Positions 1 to 13,900 of a stretch of 64,000 bases of DNA are shown piece by piece. The notes beneath the pieces are model-generated. The model was not told the origin of the DNA. It made no database searches and was given only the letters and a program-made list of their open reading frames with translations. The translations under genes were made by a program, and so were the position numbers. Origin of the DNA: Hormiphora californensis (taxonomy: Eukaryota; Animalia; Ctenophora); NCBI GenBank assembly GCA_020137815.1, contig CM035350.1, positions 3,596,001-3,660,000 on the forward strand. The letters run 5' to 3'. Positions within the stretch are counted from its first letter, which is position 1, and each line of letters opens with the position of its first letter.

Positions 1-440
1 ATTAGTCAAACTGGGGCAAAAATGGTTCACCTCTCTGGGGCAAAGTGGTTCACCCTAGGACCAATGAAATCGAGCCTGCAATACCACGTGATACCACAAC
101 TGGGGTAAAGTGGTCCTGCAGAACAGAAATTACTGAAGATAACATGGACCACTTTGCCCCTAATTTGATTATTGCTCTAACAACACCAGGCACGTGATAA
201 AATCGAGCAATGCTATTGGCTGGGACCATTTTGCCCCAGTGCAAAATTTCCAAAAAAAGCCCTACCAAATTTTTTGAATTGATTAATTAACCTACTAAAT
301 AAAACATTCAGATTTTAAAATTTAGCTCGTCTGAAAGGAAAACGTTTCATTGGATAGCCTATATAATTTTTTTCTTCCTGCTGTATAAATTGCGTATTTT
401 AGAACCCAAAACGTTAAAAAATGGACCATTTTACCCCATC
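1..440. mobile_element. Right half of a non-autonomous TIR DNA element (second copy at 49954-50676)
   Basis: 1-440 aligns closely with 50221-50670, with repeated GGGGTAAAATGGTCC subterminal motifs, and ends in the TIR-like GGACCATTTTACCCCA. Confidence 0.85.
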
Positions 441-480
441 TTTATATCGGATGTCTCGAACAGCAACAATCCTTGTGTTT

Positions 481-648
481 AAACAGGGTTCTTGCTTTCT
501 AACCAGTTAGGCGTTTTAAACAGGGCACATGTTATCTGCAGAGCTCACATATCATGATAATGTACTACATTAGCAGTAGTATACTCTGCAGATAACATGT
601 GCCCTGTTTAATACGCCTAACTGGTTAGAGAAAGCAAGAACCCTGTTT
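481..648. mobile_element. Fold-back MITE (~63-bp inverted arms)
   Basis: 481-543 (AAACAGGGTTCTTGC...TCTGCAGAG) is the near-exact reverse complement of 584-648. Confidence 0.75.
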
Positions 649-1287
649 GTTTGTTTGTGATTGCTGCGTCTGGAGGATGACCTGCCCGAAAGTAGTAGAG
701 GCCGCACCGAAAACGCTTATTAGGCGCCCCAGCACGTCCTCTACTCCGCCGTAGCAAGGCCACCCACCAATCAGTTTATGCAGAGCATGTTACTTCAGAC
801 GCTCCAGGAAGACTGTGGTCAACCACTGGCGACATCGAGCGGCGAGAGCCGCACGGCGTCGACAGGGGTATCACACTACTCCTGGCCTAAATCAAATTCT
901 TAGATTTCTGTTAAGCTGGATCTGGTATCAATTGAGTTCGTTTGGTGAAGTTTAGTGAAGCTTAGTGAAGTTTTGGTACAGAGATGACACCATTACAAGC
1001 CGTGGATTGAGAGTGGGATAGAACACTACACACTACATAGTCTCAGGACACAAACAGCTCTTGACTTTTCAAAGGTGGATATCATAATGTGGTTGGGAAA
1101 GCTCTTACATACCTAAACACACTTTAAAAATCCTAAACATCCCAAGGTGACAAAGAGTATACTGTGCCGAATATCTTGGTTAATAATATTTGGTACACAT
1201 TTCTGTAAAAACATGTACACTTAGTCGGGAAAGAGGGGCAATATGAAGTGGTATATAATGGGGTGACCTCCCAGTGATGATCTCAGT

Positions 1288-2226
1288 TTAGTGTTGGTGA
1301 TTGTCAACTTCATTACCTTTTGTTGGTTTCTCCTCGTAGCCGTCAGATGCAGTGTCATACTGTGTAAATTTAATCTTCATAACATCTTCTTCCCACCTGG
1401 TTTCACAATCAGTCTCATTACTGTCACTGAACTGGTAGTTCAGAACCTCCACCCCATTGCACTCTATACTGAGGGTGGTATTCGTTTTCCTAATTATCCA
1501 TATCTTCTTCAAATCATCTCCTGGGTGTACTGGCAAGGCAGGCAAGTCTCCTGTTGCAGTACATTTACCGATGGAGTATCTCATAGGTGAGGTAAATCTC
1601 ACCGTCACCCCTCCAATCAAATTGTCGTCTGCAGTATACATATGGGGGCTAATCTGCTCCCCACTCCCGACGGTAGAGTCTGTTTTAATTTGAAGAGGGT
1701 CCCTTTTCAAATCAAATGGGATGAAAGTTTCGCGAACAACTGAGCTCCATGCTGTTGGCAGTGTCTGCTGATAGCTGTCAGATGCAGTGTCCGCTTCGTC
1801 AAATTTGATCTTCTTTAAGATATCTCCTTCCCACGTTGATGCACATTTAGTATTAACACCGTCACTGAACTTATAGTTCAGAACTTCCACCCCATTACAC
1901 TCTACAATAAGGGCAGTAGCTGTCTTTTGAAATGTCCACGTCTTGTCCACTTCATCTCCTGGTTGTACTGTGAAGACAGTCCCGCCGCTAGTACAGTAAT
2001 ACATGTAAAATCTTATGTGTGATATGAACTTTACTTGCAGCATTCCAATGTATTGGTTATCTGCAGTGTATGCTTTGAAATAGATCCAGTCCCCACTCCC
2101 GACAATAGAGTTAGTTTTAATTTGAAGAGGGGTACTCTCCAGATCAATTGGGATTATAGTATTACGAACAACTGGACTCCACGCTTCTGTGGTGAATAAC
2201 AACACGAGAAACAGGAAACACCTCAT
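1288..2226 (-). CDS. Secreted protein with two tandem ~145-aa beta-rich, Cys-containing repeats (lineage-specific); 3' end probably spliced at 1317
   Basis: 312-aa ORF with signal peptide MRCFLFLVLLFTTEA. Internal duplication of WS.VVR...PLQIKT.S.VGSG...IECNGVEVLNY.FSD...C...WE.D...IKF...DTASD.Y. Donor AAAG|GTAATG at 1317/1316. Confidence 0.85.
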   Translation of the reverse strand: MRCFLFLVLLFTTEAWSPVVRNTIIPIDLESTPLQIKTNSIVGSGDWIYFKAYTADNQYIGMLQVKFISHIRFYMYYCTSGGTVFTVQPGDEVDKTWTFQKTATALIVECNGVEVLNYKFSDGVNTKCASTWEGDILKKIKFDEADTASDSYQQTLPTAWSSVVRETFIPFDLKRDPLQIKTDSTVGSGEQISPHMYTADDNLIGGVTVRFTSPMRYSIGKCTATGDLPALPVHPGDDLKKIWIIRKTNTTLSIECNGVEVLNYQFSDSNETDCETRWEEDVMKIKFTQYDTASDGYEEKPTKGNEVDNHQH

Positions 2227-2385
2227 TTTCTTTCCTTCCTCAACCCTCTCCCACCGCTCCCGGCAGATTTTGAGGAAAGGGTTAGAACCTCACTCTTGAT
2301 TATCTCAACAGTTCAAACACAACGGTCACTAGCTAGATAGAAATAGTTTTAAGCTACATCCACCATCTATAACAGCTCTCTTTCT

Positions 2386-2519
2386 TTAACTTTTCTCTCC
2401 GCACCTCTCTCTATGATGGGAAAATTCCAACAGTTCTCTGTCTCTCTCCATTCTGTTGTATGTTTCTCGCTTGATGCTTTGGTACACGCAGGGTGTGGCA
2501 AAAGTAATGGTGTTGTCTT
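2386..2519 (-). CDS. Possible terminal exon (EDNTITFATPCVYQSIKRETY...GEKS*), perhaps of the 7TM gene
   Basis: Acceptor TTCTTTACAG followed by an open phase-1 frame to TAA. Connection to upstream exons not established. Confidence 0.3.
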
Positions 2520-2540
2520 CTGTAAAGAAGGTGAAGAGTT

Positions 2541-2712
<172 letters not shown>

Positions 2713-4410
2713 ATGGTTTGGTTTGGTATGATTACGGTCTTGCCACTAAGCAGCCAGCTACTGTCAGCACCGTGTTATTATAATATTTATATGAAAGACC
2801 CGAAGGAGACGCATGTGCTCAGTACCACCATATTGTCAGCACTTCGGATATAAAGGGATTTTGAAATGTGTAAGATTTCAATTTGAGAGAGGCAGAACTA
2901 TGGGAGGGTTTTGGGCTGGTTCTAGATCCCTACATCCCGGGGAGTAGGACGGGATGCCGACCAGTGATCACGATCACATCAGACTAGACAGTCGACACGG
3001 ATACGTGTGTAGGAAGCACGTGTAGCGATTAAATCAAATAATTAAACCCTTTCCTGATCTGTCCTTCTCTCTATCAACAAATGATAAGAGTTCCACGGAA
3101 GTAGTTTTAAGAGCGTGGGAAAGCTTCTAGAATAATCAATAAATTGATATCCTGTCATGACGAAGCTACTCGTTTATCACCCCAAAATATATTATCTGCA
3201 TATTAAAGTATTTTGGAGTGATAAACGATTAGCGTTGACAGGCCTAATTAAAGGCAATATTTATATCCGGGATATTTTTGAATTGTGAGATATTTATACC
3301 CATCCCCCGAAGATTAAAATAATACAAATATGTACTTCTAGTTCGTCACCCATTTTCCACGTGCAGGGAGAGCAGTGAACAGGGGAGTGACTGGTTGAGT
3401 AGGGAGGCAAGTGGAGTTGGTGAGGAGGACGCAGAGAATGTGGCTGCCCTCATCAAACGAGCCCTTCAACAGGTGAATATCTGCAGTTGCCATAGTTAGG
3501 TTGTAGCAGTCATTTTAGTACATAAGTACATAAGTACAGCCGTTTAGTACATATGTATATGCTTTACCTCTTCTCTACTGCTTCATATTGTCAGGCCAAT
3601 ATGCTCTGACAGGCTCTGTCTGTCTGGCGACCCCATCTTAGCGCACTGTCGCTCAATTTGAGAATCAAATGGGGTATGGCACCGCCATACAGGACAGGCT
3701 TGACACCACAACTGTCTGGCGGCACCGATATATCTGATTTGGGAACCATTAAACGGGGTCGCCAGACAACACCATGGCAACAACCACAACAACAACAATC
3801 TGTTTTCAGGTTCATGGGGATAGTTCAAGGGGTACATCAACTAGAGGAAACAGTAGTGAATCGGACACCTCACCATTTGGACCTCCCGACCCCATCATCA
3901 CTGAGAATACGTTCATTTTTGCACGGGACGAGAAACGATGAGACATTTGAAGACTTTTTGTTCAGACAATTATTTTAGTTCACTTTCAGACAATTTCAGT
4001 TCTGACAGCTCAGATCGGGGTATGGATCATGCCGGCAAACCAGACAGAACCTGTCATTGCCAGGCCAATGCTCTGACAGGACAGAACACTTTGACAAGAT
4101 TTATAGAGTTATTCAATATTCATAGAGATCTGAACATTGGAAATACCATCGATATGATTTAGATTGTGCATGAATTTGTAGCAAAAATTAGATTAACAAC
4201 AACTCCTTTATGAGCGACTCTTTGCTAAAAGGTAGAATTAAACTCTAAAAGCTTTAGAGTCAAGTTCTACATGTTTATATCTTACACGGGGGCATATAGG
4301 GGAAGGGGGATGGCAGGGTACGCCATGGCCCCAGTACTTTTCAGGAAATGGCCCCGGTACTGCGGTACCGGTGCCATTTCAAGTAAGTTGGGTCGGTCGA
4401 CTAGTTAGTA

Positions 4411-4548
4411 CAGTCGGACCCCGATTTAGTGGCATCCTCGGGGGGAAAAATCCTGCCACTAAATCGGGGTGCCACTAAATCGTGGTCAAATAATGTTAAC
4501 TTCCTTTATCGGGGGAAAAAATCCTGCCACTAAATCGGGGTCCGACTG
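4411..4548. mobile_element. Tc1/mariner-pogo-type MITE
   Basis: TIR CAGTCGGACCCCGATTTAGTGGCA...TGCCACTAAATCGGGGTCCGACTG, flanked by TA at 4409-10 and 4549-50. Relatives at 49644-49809 and ~23845-23910. Confidence 0.9.
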
Positions 4549-4689
4549 TATATAGATCTAATCTAAGGGCCCTCTGATTGGCTCACCCACCGAAAAATGA
4601 CCAAAAACTTCCCGATAAGAAAGCTAAATCCGCTGGTGTTGGATTCGTCTCAAAAAGCTGATTCAGCTACGACGACTTTGACCCGTACT

Positions 4690-4975
4690 CCCACGTGGTG
4701 CCAGCCAATCGACCTGAAATTTTGTATGCCCACTAATCTAGTGATCCTCTATCATGTGGTATCAAAATCTAAGCTCACAGTGACCAGTAACTGGTATTAT
4801 TAGGCGATGAAGTAAAAAAACACATAATTAAGAATACCTTACTCTCGTTTTTTAAGAAACGCTTTAATAATTAGTGAACCAGGGGTGGTGGAGACCTGTG
4901 TGTTGGCGCTTTGAACTTTTTTATAGAGTCCCTAAGCATATCAACAAGTCAAATTTTAAATTCCAGACCCGAGCA
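4690..4975 (+). repeat. Dispersed repeat, diverged inverted copy at ~13235-13500
   Basis: Blocks such as TAGTGATCCTCTATCA..GGTATCAAAATCTAAGCTC and TATAGAGTCCCTAA..AAATTCCAGACCC recur reverse-complemented at 13240-13465. Confidence 0.75.
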
Positions 4976-5192
4976 GCCAACTGGGTTGTCACGAATTCAC
5001 TTGCATTAGCCCAGAGGGAACTAGGCCTCACCAGTTCCCTCGAGAGGGGGGTTCCATCGGACCACTCTTCAATTCCAGGAACATCTAAACAGATGCGAAG
5101 TGTATTCAACTTGTCAGTTTTTGCTTGTGCCTTGTATCGATACTCCAAGTAATAATGGGTTCGAACATACTGAAGATGGGAAGGTTTAACAG

Positions 5193-5259
5193 CAGGAACC
5201 GACCGAAACAAGTAAACAACCAATCAGGGACCAGTATTTCCAGATTCGGTCGGTTCCTG
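5193..5259. mobile_element. 67-bp hairpin micro-MITE (hAT-like ends)
   Basis: 15-bp TIR CAGGAACCGACCGAA/TTCGGTCGGTTCCTG. Flanks TTTAACAG and GTTAACAG form an 8-bp TSD with 1 mismatch. Confidence 0.75.
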
Positions 5260-5274
5260 GTTAACAGAAGTCTT

Positions 5275-8200
5275 AATAATAATAATAATAATAATAATAT
5301 TCCGCGCTTATATACCGCCCATACCCGACAGAGACATGTCAAAATATTGACGATGTTCCGCCGAATCATCAGAGCGGTATATCCTCGACTACTTATATGA
5401 CACACTCGAACAGCTCTGGTTGAAAAACAATATATAGACGACTAAATAAACTTGACTTATAAAACTGAGGGAATAACTGGTCCCATAATCCTGTAGATAT
5501 AAATTAAAACACACTATACTCACACCTGCTCGAAAAAAGGATACTAGGTAATGAATTAATAACATGGCTAGAGAGAGGATGACACTGATTGCCCGCAGGC
5601 CCCACAACTACAACAAACATTACAACTCAGCCATGGGTTCCCCATCACCCACTCCAAATGCACCAACGAAGAGATGTGTTTTCAGCCGGGTTTTGAAAGT
5701 ATCCACATTGGGGATTGACCTGAGCTCAAGAGGAAGCTCATTCCAGACAGAGGGCAGGAATACTGATAACCTCCTACGTCTCAACTTAGAGTTGGCATTG
5801 ATACTGGTCATCTTTGGATGTTTTAACCTATAGGGATCCGGAACATTAGTCCCCCGTTGCTGAGGTTTCCCCCAGCTATCACGTGAACAAATCCTGAGAT
5901 AAAGGGGGTTTTCCCTTTAAATTTTTGTGGGAAATAAAACATGTTTTAAAGGTCCCCCCGGGGAGATGGGAAAAATATGACATGCTGAAATACCCCATGT
6001 AGTTGTCCTGGGGCCGTGGAGGTTAAAATCAAACGAAAAAGGCATTGGAAGTTTCTGGAGCCCATGAAAACTCGCCAGGAAGCCCAAATAAAAAAGTTAC
6101 TGTAGTCTACCTCGATAAAATAACTTTTGCCAAATTTCTTTGTTGGGATACAAAAACCTGTGCATTTCCCAAAGGGTTTTCGTAAAATCAGCCCCTTTTT
6201 CCTCACTTTTGTTAACGTCGTTCAAGGCCCAAAAAGGTTATGACCCAAGAGAATTCCCAGGGTTTACCATCTTTTCCCACTACATCAGGGGGGTTTCCTT
6301 TCCTCCAAAGTAATAATGGATAAAAAAGAGACTTTGCTTAGGAACTGCGTTTTCCAAGCAGGTGAACCCCTTTTGGGGCCTCATTACATTCAACCCAGGG
6401 CCCCCCACCACCCTTTCACCTTCGCCAGCCCCACTCCCAAATCCACCTTTGCCTAAACCCCCGCAGAGATCCGTAGGAACCAGCTCAGTAGATGGGGAAT
6501 CATTGCATATAACTTTATGGGGTCCATAGGCTCACAATATTTTGTACAGCCTCGATGTAGGTAGGAACAAAATAGGCCCAAGGGGGGCCCTGGGGATCCA
6601 CAAAAGAAAAGAAAGGGTTTTCCCGAAAGGCAATCCCCGCCAAAAATTAAAAGATCTGGAATAAAAATTTTTAAAACCCACGGAGAGGTTCACCATCCAC
6701 TAAAAAACGTTTCTGCAAACCTAAAACTTCCTGGTCCCCCCGTTAAAAAAAAGCAGCACTATATCTGAAAAGATAAGAGCTATGTTTCCTTTACCCTTTC
6801 CCCTGAATGCATCAAACATGTTGCCAAAGCGTTTCACAACGTGACCAACCGTAGCCAGTGATGTTTCCCCAAAAAGATTTGCGTCCAGGTAGTTTTGGGT
6901 TTGCGGGAAAACCTTCTCAAAAGCTTGACGAAAGGGATGTTTCGAAACGGAAAACCCCCCAAGGGTTGCGAGAGCTTCAGATCTCCATACATATTCTGAG
7001 GTTTTGGGGAAAGACAAGGCCTCCTGGAGAGATTCTGCGACCGAAGACTGTGTGAGACTGTTGACTATTGATGTTGGCAGGGCCAGATCACTTATACACT
7101 TTTTACCCCCAAAAGGGGAAACGGGCCCGGGTCCCCGTGTTTGTGGACCGTTTTCCTAATGAAAAAAGTTCCTCCTAGATATCTCTTGAACTCCATTTTG
7201 GAGACGGGGGATTTCCAGTTTCCCACAAATCCCCCAGCCTGCTGCTGTCCTATTGTTTGGGGTCCGAAATTTGGAAATTTGAATAAAGAATTTAAAAAAT
7301 ATCAGAGGTTTGTGTTGGTAGTCCAGGAAGAATAGTTCCGTTTTTCCCAGGAGTTTCGAATTTTCTTTGTATTTTCTTCGGGTCCCCTTTGCCGCACCCA
7401 AAAGTCCTTTTAAAAAAAAGTGCCCCTTTTTCCTTTGTCCTTTTTTCCATAGAGCTTCTTCAAATATTGAATTCCGTTTCGCCTCAGTTCCATGTTCCTC
7501 CAGTATCTTTCCCCCACTTTTCCCTTTAGTAGTTTCCCTTTATTTCCTCATCTCTCCAGGGGTTTAAAATTTTCCTGCCTCACCCTTTTTCCCAAAACTC
7601 CCCTTTTCCATCCCACTTTCCAACCAACGAAGAATTTTAAATATTCCTCTGGATCCCGGCCCTGGTTAAAAATTCCGTTTCGGGAGGTCCTCTCTGAACC
7701 CTTTTCTTGTCCATTGACTTGAGTCCATGTTTTCCGAAACATTGATTCCGAAAAAGATTTTGAAGGCCGTCTCACTTCAAGCCCAAACTGTCCCGGGAAA
7801 TTTGGTCCCGAAAAAGTAGTACCATTAGGAAAAATTTTTAAATCCCAGTTTGGGTTTTTCCTTTGAGTTATCACCGGGTTAAAGGTTCCACCAAGTGGGG
7901 GTAGGCAATGGGGTTTCTTTTTGCTGAAGGCAAAATTGAATCTAGAGCTCCAATATTTTCCTCGGAGAGGTTTTCTTGCCCGCCCCGAAATTTCAGATCC
8001 CCTGTAAAATTTGGGGAGTACCTTGCTTCATAACAAGTTTGAAGAAGTCTCCGAACCCGATAGGAAGGGGGGCCTTGGAGTTTGACTTAGTTGTTATGGT
8101 GGGCGATAAAAATTTCAGAGCTCTTTGGTTGACTTGTCATGTGAGAACTCCGCCTTTTAAAAGATTAAAATTTTCTTCATGGGCACGTCGAAGGATAAAC

Positions 8201-9700
8201 CCTCCCCAAAAGATTCTTTTCCCCCCCACCTCCGTCTCCCGTGGGCATGATAAAATTCCCATCCATTATCCCTAACTCTGGGAGTTTTCCCAGATCCGGG
8301 GAGATTAAAAAGGTTTCCTGTACGGGGACAGATATCACAAACCCCTTTTTTCCAGTGAGAAATAAACCCATTTTATTAAAAGAGAGGAACATTAGTGTCC
8401 CAAATTTTCCCAAATCTTTTTGGAGCCTCTTTTGGCCTGTCCCAGAATGTTTTTTTCCCCTTGCCCACGAAGTCTCCTTTGGTGCCGTGTAATTACGAAG
8501 GGCCCACATATTGAAGGGCCGTGGGGTCTTGCATATTTTGCCTCTCGTGTCTCCAAATTCACAATTTCACACACTCTCTTGCCTGTTTCATTTTTTTTTC
8601 TTGCCAAAAAATCCTTTGTTTGATGGTGCCGCACAAAAAGCCGCATACGGATTCCGAGGGCATTAAGAGCCCGCCATGGACCAAATTTGGCGTGATTAAA
8701 TGAAACCAGATACCTGTTTTTGACAAAAGTTGCCGAAGACCCCAAATTAAGTCTATCCCCATGCTAGACAAAAGCCGCCATTCTGGAGCCATCTGGTCCC
8801 GATACCGTCTTTTCGTTCACAAAAAACCACTTTTAACTTCTTATCCCATGTAACTTCCGTATCCTTTTTGTCCAAGGACGCCGCCAGGTGCTTCCTTTAA
8901 AAGGGTCGGGGCCCAAGTCATTTATCGTCACCTTTTGGTTTTAAGCTTCTGGTTTCCCCTTTAGAAAAATGCCTGAACAAACAGTGCAAGGGGTCAGTAT
9001 TTCTCTGTTTCATTGGGCCTATTTTGGGAAGTATAATCGGGTATGGTCCCTGTTACTCGGATTCAATCCGGGGTGTTTCAAAGCATTTCCCTTTGGGTTT
9101 ACCCATTCTTTTCCCCTTATCAGAAGAAGTATTCCCTTTTTCCCCGTTCCCAGTGGTAATGTTCAATAGTGTTTCAGTGGTGGTTTTAACCGGTTCCCCG
9201 GTACCATTACCCCCAACCTCTTTCCCCTTTTTCCACAGGTTACTAGTGCAGAGGGGTTTGAGACCAGATTTTGGGGGTAATTTGCAAAGATTCTCTCAGA
9301 TCAGCTTGGCTCCAGGGAAAAGAAAAACGGGGGCCGCGCGGAAGCATTTGAGAGGGTTGGAAGGTGCCACAACAGGGTTTTTGGACAGAGGCGGCCCAAA
9401 CGCGTCACCTCTTTAGACACATAACAAATCACTACCCATAATCTACTAAATATTCTCCTGCAACCGTCTTCAAAACACTCTTAGGGATAAAATTATAATT
9501 ACTCGAACGGTCTCCTAAAAACCCGTTGCCGCCCGGCCCAAAAACAAATCTTCACTGATATCACTCGAAGTTAAATTAAAATAGGCCCAACAGAGATCTA
9601 AAAGATTAGAGAATAGATGTAACACAGTTTATCGGTCGATTTTTACGGCCAAAATCAAAATTAATTGTTAAAGGTGTTTAAAAGTTTTAACTTCATTGAA
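5275..9700 (-). mobile_element. Near full-length L2/CR1-type LINE (APE+RT), error-ridden consensus
   Basis: ORF2 C-terminus PSVWNELPLELRSIPNVDTFKTRLKTHLF (5620-5811). Degraded RT motifs GxPQGxxLGPILF (~6560-6600) and YAxDS (~6500). 3' UTR ends in an (ATT)n tail at 5275-5300. 5' limit approximate. Confidence 0.85.
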
Positions 9701-10589
9701 ATTGCAACTAGCAAGCAATTCACTTCGCACCGTTTTTCATTTAAAAAAGACAGAAATTTAATTGAAAAGAAAAAAAAAAAAAAAAAGAAAGAAAAAAAAG
9801 AAAAAAAAAAAAGGCGAAGGGAAGTGGGAAAGGGGGGAAAGGGGGGGTTTGGGGGGGGAGAAAGAAAGGAAATCTCTCCGGTCTTCTCTCCCCTCTTCTC
9901 TCTCTCTCTCTTCTACTCTTCTTCTCTCTCATTCCCCCGCCTTTCCCTTTTCCCCTCCTTCCTTCTTTGCGATCCCAAAAATAGTTTTAAACCAGAACTC
10001 CAGAACACGCACACACAATAACAAATAAAAATAGCGTTTTCTTTTTTGATTTAAATCACACCCCCCCCCTCCTCCTTCCCCATCCTCTGGTTTGGGGGGA
10101 AAATTACAAGATACCCGGTGGGGGCCCCGCACTGTGATTGGATAGGTGTCTTTTACAAATTGGGAACTTGAGGGAAACACGGGGCCCGGAACCCCGTGCA
10201 CCATTTAAAAAAAAAGGGTGCTAGGGACAATTTGTGTTAAAAACGAGCCCACCCTCCTATTGAAAGTGGAAAAGAGGGTTTTTGGGGAAAAAAAAGTTAA
10301 AAACCCAACCAAAGACCCCCCTGAGCAGGACCCCGGGTTTTTTACGGGGCCCAAAGGCCAAAGTCCACCCCCCGATAAGACGATCACAGAGATTTTTTTG
10401 AATTTTGACGGCCCAAGGCCAAAAAGCCCCCCCCTGAAAGGGGCAGGCACGAGAATTTTTTTTGTAAGGGGGATCATGTCGAGTTTTTCGCAAGGAAAAT
10501 AAAAAATCAGTCCTTTTTAAGAGGGGTTAGAGCTAGGACCGTGGGGACAGAAGTCGGAGACGAGGTCACCCCTCCACCCCCCTTTAGTA

Positions 10590-10939
10590 CTGCACTTTTG
10601 CCTATTTTGGATTCACGTCGTCATTGATTAAATAACTTTCTCACGCCCGGGGAATTATATCCGGCTTATTTATAAACAGGCTACATGACCGACATTCTTG
10701 TGCCCTTATCTTGTCCCCCAGGACTTCAGATTAGTTATCTGAGCGCGAGAAAGTTCGTCACATAAGAAAATACAGAATAACTGGACAACTACCAGCTGTT
10801 ATTAGTACTACTGTAAGATAAGGGCACTTGAGAATGACGGTCATGTAGCCTGTTTATAAATAACCCGGATATAATTCCCCGGGCGTGAGAAAGTTATTTA
10901 ATCAATGACGACGTGAATCCAAAATAGGCAAAAGTGCAG
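10590..10939. mobile_element. MITE with ~125-bp TIRs and TA TSD
   Basis: CTGCACTTTTGCCTATTTTGG...CCCTTATCTT is mirrored by AAGATAAGGG...CCAAAATAGGCAAAAGTGCAG. TA at 10588-89 and 10940-41. Confidence 0.9.
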
Positions 10940-10999
10940 TACCAAAGTAACATACATACTAGTAGTACCAGCTGTTTATCACGTACACGTTTAACTTAC

Positions 11000-13900
11000 A
11001 AAAGTAGAAATGCCGTCATGGATTCCACGACTATGAGTATGCAGGGAAGCCCGATAATAAGGCCCTGGACACAGTTCATAACCAGGTACTGCTTGTTCAA
11101 TCGATCCAAAAGTGACTTCTGGGGAGAGAGAATAATATATATGTCAGTTAATGTTCTAAAATCTCCCTCGTCCGAGTAAGAAATAGTAATAAAAAAATAG
11201 TAATGAATCTTACCTCTGAATGATAGGACAACTTATGGTTGGTAACAAAGTTCGTACTGCCGGTAATATTCTTTCGTATCGTGCTGACAGTCATTGTGCT
11301 GCATTTGAAAGCAATGTATATCATCATACTGGCGAATACTATCGCGAATCCCTGAGAAAAAGAAAGAGAGGTAGAGAGGGTGGGAGAGATAGAGAGAAGT
11401 GATGTTTGAGACGGAAAAGCGATGTTTATTATTTATGAGATAATCATTCAAGGCGTATATATTATAATTTAACAGCATTCTAACACTACTTAAATACACA
11501 CACACATACGTGGTATCTCTCTCTCTGTGAGATTTACAACAAACGAGCTAATTCGAGCTGTTTCCCATGAGACGAAACAGGTGCAAATAGAGTGAGAAAA
11601 AAAGGGGGGATTGTGATATGAAAGAGAGCGTTTCATGAAAAGTTGCGTCCCCATGTCATAAAATAGTTAATTAGCATTTCAACTGCAAGCAGGATATTGG
11701 AGGAATGAGCATGTCAATAAGAGATGGGGGTGCTACACGCCATATAATATTTGTCATTTTGTTGATGGGGTTTTATTGAATGGCAGCTCATGACTCACAA
11801 GTGTTGTGTTAGCAAATGTATCGCCCAAGTCTTTGTCGGGGCTGTACGTTATTAGATCTAACGTCGGTGTGTCCTGGGCGTGTCAGTGTGCAATCGAGAT
11901 AGTGGAGAGATAGGATTAACGTGGAAATCAATAGACAGAATGATATGGGAAAGATAGAGGTGTTTCTTACCTGGAAATATTTATGGATAAACTTGTAACA
12001 TAACTCCATAACAAAGAAGGATCCATCCAAGATGCAGTAATATTTAAGGAGTTTCGCTCGCTCCCAAATAATACAATATCCCTCTGCTGCGAGCATAATA
12101 AACATGAATATTCCAGTTTTTAGGAGACTCGAAGATAGGAGGAAAGGGGCTCTGAGTTGAGATTCGATATAACCTGAGAGAGAGAGAGTGGGGGAATTAT
12201 ATTGTGGTAAATGTGTGTTGAGAGGGGCGTGGTATACACGTGAAGCCGCGGGAGATACCACAGCAACCATGAACCAGCCAAGATTTGTATCATCATGATA
12301 CTATTCGAACCATTTTACACAAACCCGCGCGCTGAAAACTTCACAAACCGTGTCGCGCGTTACATCAAGTAACCCCCCCCAGTTGATAATGATGCACTGC
12401 CCGAGTATATTTTACAACAAGTTGTGTTTTTCACATGTGTGTAGTGTGTAGTGTGTTACCTCTGTCATGGAATGTTTTCCAGTACAAAAGGGAAACAACA
12501 ATGTTAGCCAGCTTCAGGATTAGGACCATAGACAGAATCTTGTGTAGCTTGTTAGAAAACTGAAACAGAGGTGGTTTGATAAAACAGATTTAATTACCTT
12601 ATTACCGCTATATAACGGAACCTCCTATTAGCGTACCTTTAATTAACGTACCTTTAATTAACGAAAATCGGTTTGGGTTAGCAAATTTTGACAAAAAGCA
12701 CAAATACTGGGTTAAAATGGGGTTAAAATGTAGGATTTTATTATGCCTATAAGTTGTACCTGAAAACTTATAACACGAGACCGAAGGTCGAGTGTTATAA
12801 GTACAACAATAATGATCCGAGACCACAGGTCGAGGCAGATTCTTGTACTTTAGTGCACGAGCCTGCGAGTGCCACTAAGTGTAACTACCTCACGAGCCTG
12901 CGAGTGATGTAGTTTTACTTTTTGACCGAGCCTGCGAGGTCTAAAAGTGTAAGAATCTGGGACGTCAGGTACAACGAAAATAGGCATAATAAAATTGCAT
13001 TGTAAAATTTTTAAAACAAGAGTGAGAGACAGTTTAGGGCGTAACAATAGAACGAATTCATGATAAGGTAGCAGGCAGAGATAAGATAACGCCTGAGATC
13101 TATGATCGCAAAAGGCAAGCTTCCCCTCGTCCGACCCGAAGTTGGGAGATTCGTCGAAACAGCAACCTTCAGGCTGTTAAAATATTTTTTGATGCACGGC
13201 GGCCTGTTTATTATAGTAGGGTCGGTTGTGGGAAGTTGGGTCTGGAATTTTAAATTTGACTTTCTGATATGATTAGGGACTCTATAAAAAGTCCAAAGTA
13301 CCATCCCACAGGTCTCTACCACCCCCGGTTCACTAATTAGTCGTAATTATGTGATTTATGACGTTATCGGCGATAACTTATCGCCGATTAGCACTAATAA
13401 TGCCAGTTCCTGGTCACTTAGAGCTTAGATTTTGATACCAGCTGATAGAGGATCACTAGATTTTTCCGTTTGGCTGGCGGTTGGCTGGCACCACGTGAGA
13501 TTAGGGGTTTAGGTCGCCGTGGGAGGTCGACATTGGTCGCGTTCGATCGGGCTCGATGAGGTGATCAAAAGCTAGTGGGCCAGACCTTGGCCCCACCCCG
13601 TTCTTGGCTTATTGGGCTTTTTCGGTTTCCCGCCAAAATATTTTCCCGCCATATATATGCTTTATTTTTTTGCCCCTGCACTGCCACTGCACATTTTTTT
13701 AATTGCTTATAATTAATTTGATAATCAATTTTGAATATTCCCACTTTTTGTAGACCTTTCTATATGCTTGAACTACATTACTGCAAAATTTTAGGCCGTT
13801 ATTTATAGCAGAACGGAAAATATTTTCAAATGCTCAGGGGCAATGCTCAGGGGCACCAGAAAAATGTCCATTTTTTAATTGCTTATAATTAATTGGATAA

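Noticed and set aside
645-890. GC-rich structured segment with a (CAAA)n tail; a similar one at 47090-47240 has (TAGA)n
   Set aside because: Possibly retroelement 3' ends. I could not fit HDV or twister ribozyme folds or assign a family.
3342-3475. Segment open on both strands with splice-like ends; also 5029-5170 on the - strand
   Set aside because: Could be 3' exons of the 7TM gene, but phase and linkage could not be resolved from sequence alone.
5850-10560. Many short K/F/G/P-rich ORFs
   Set aside because: Products of homopolymer-inflated consensus over a LINE; not real genes.
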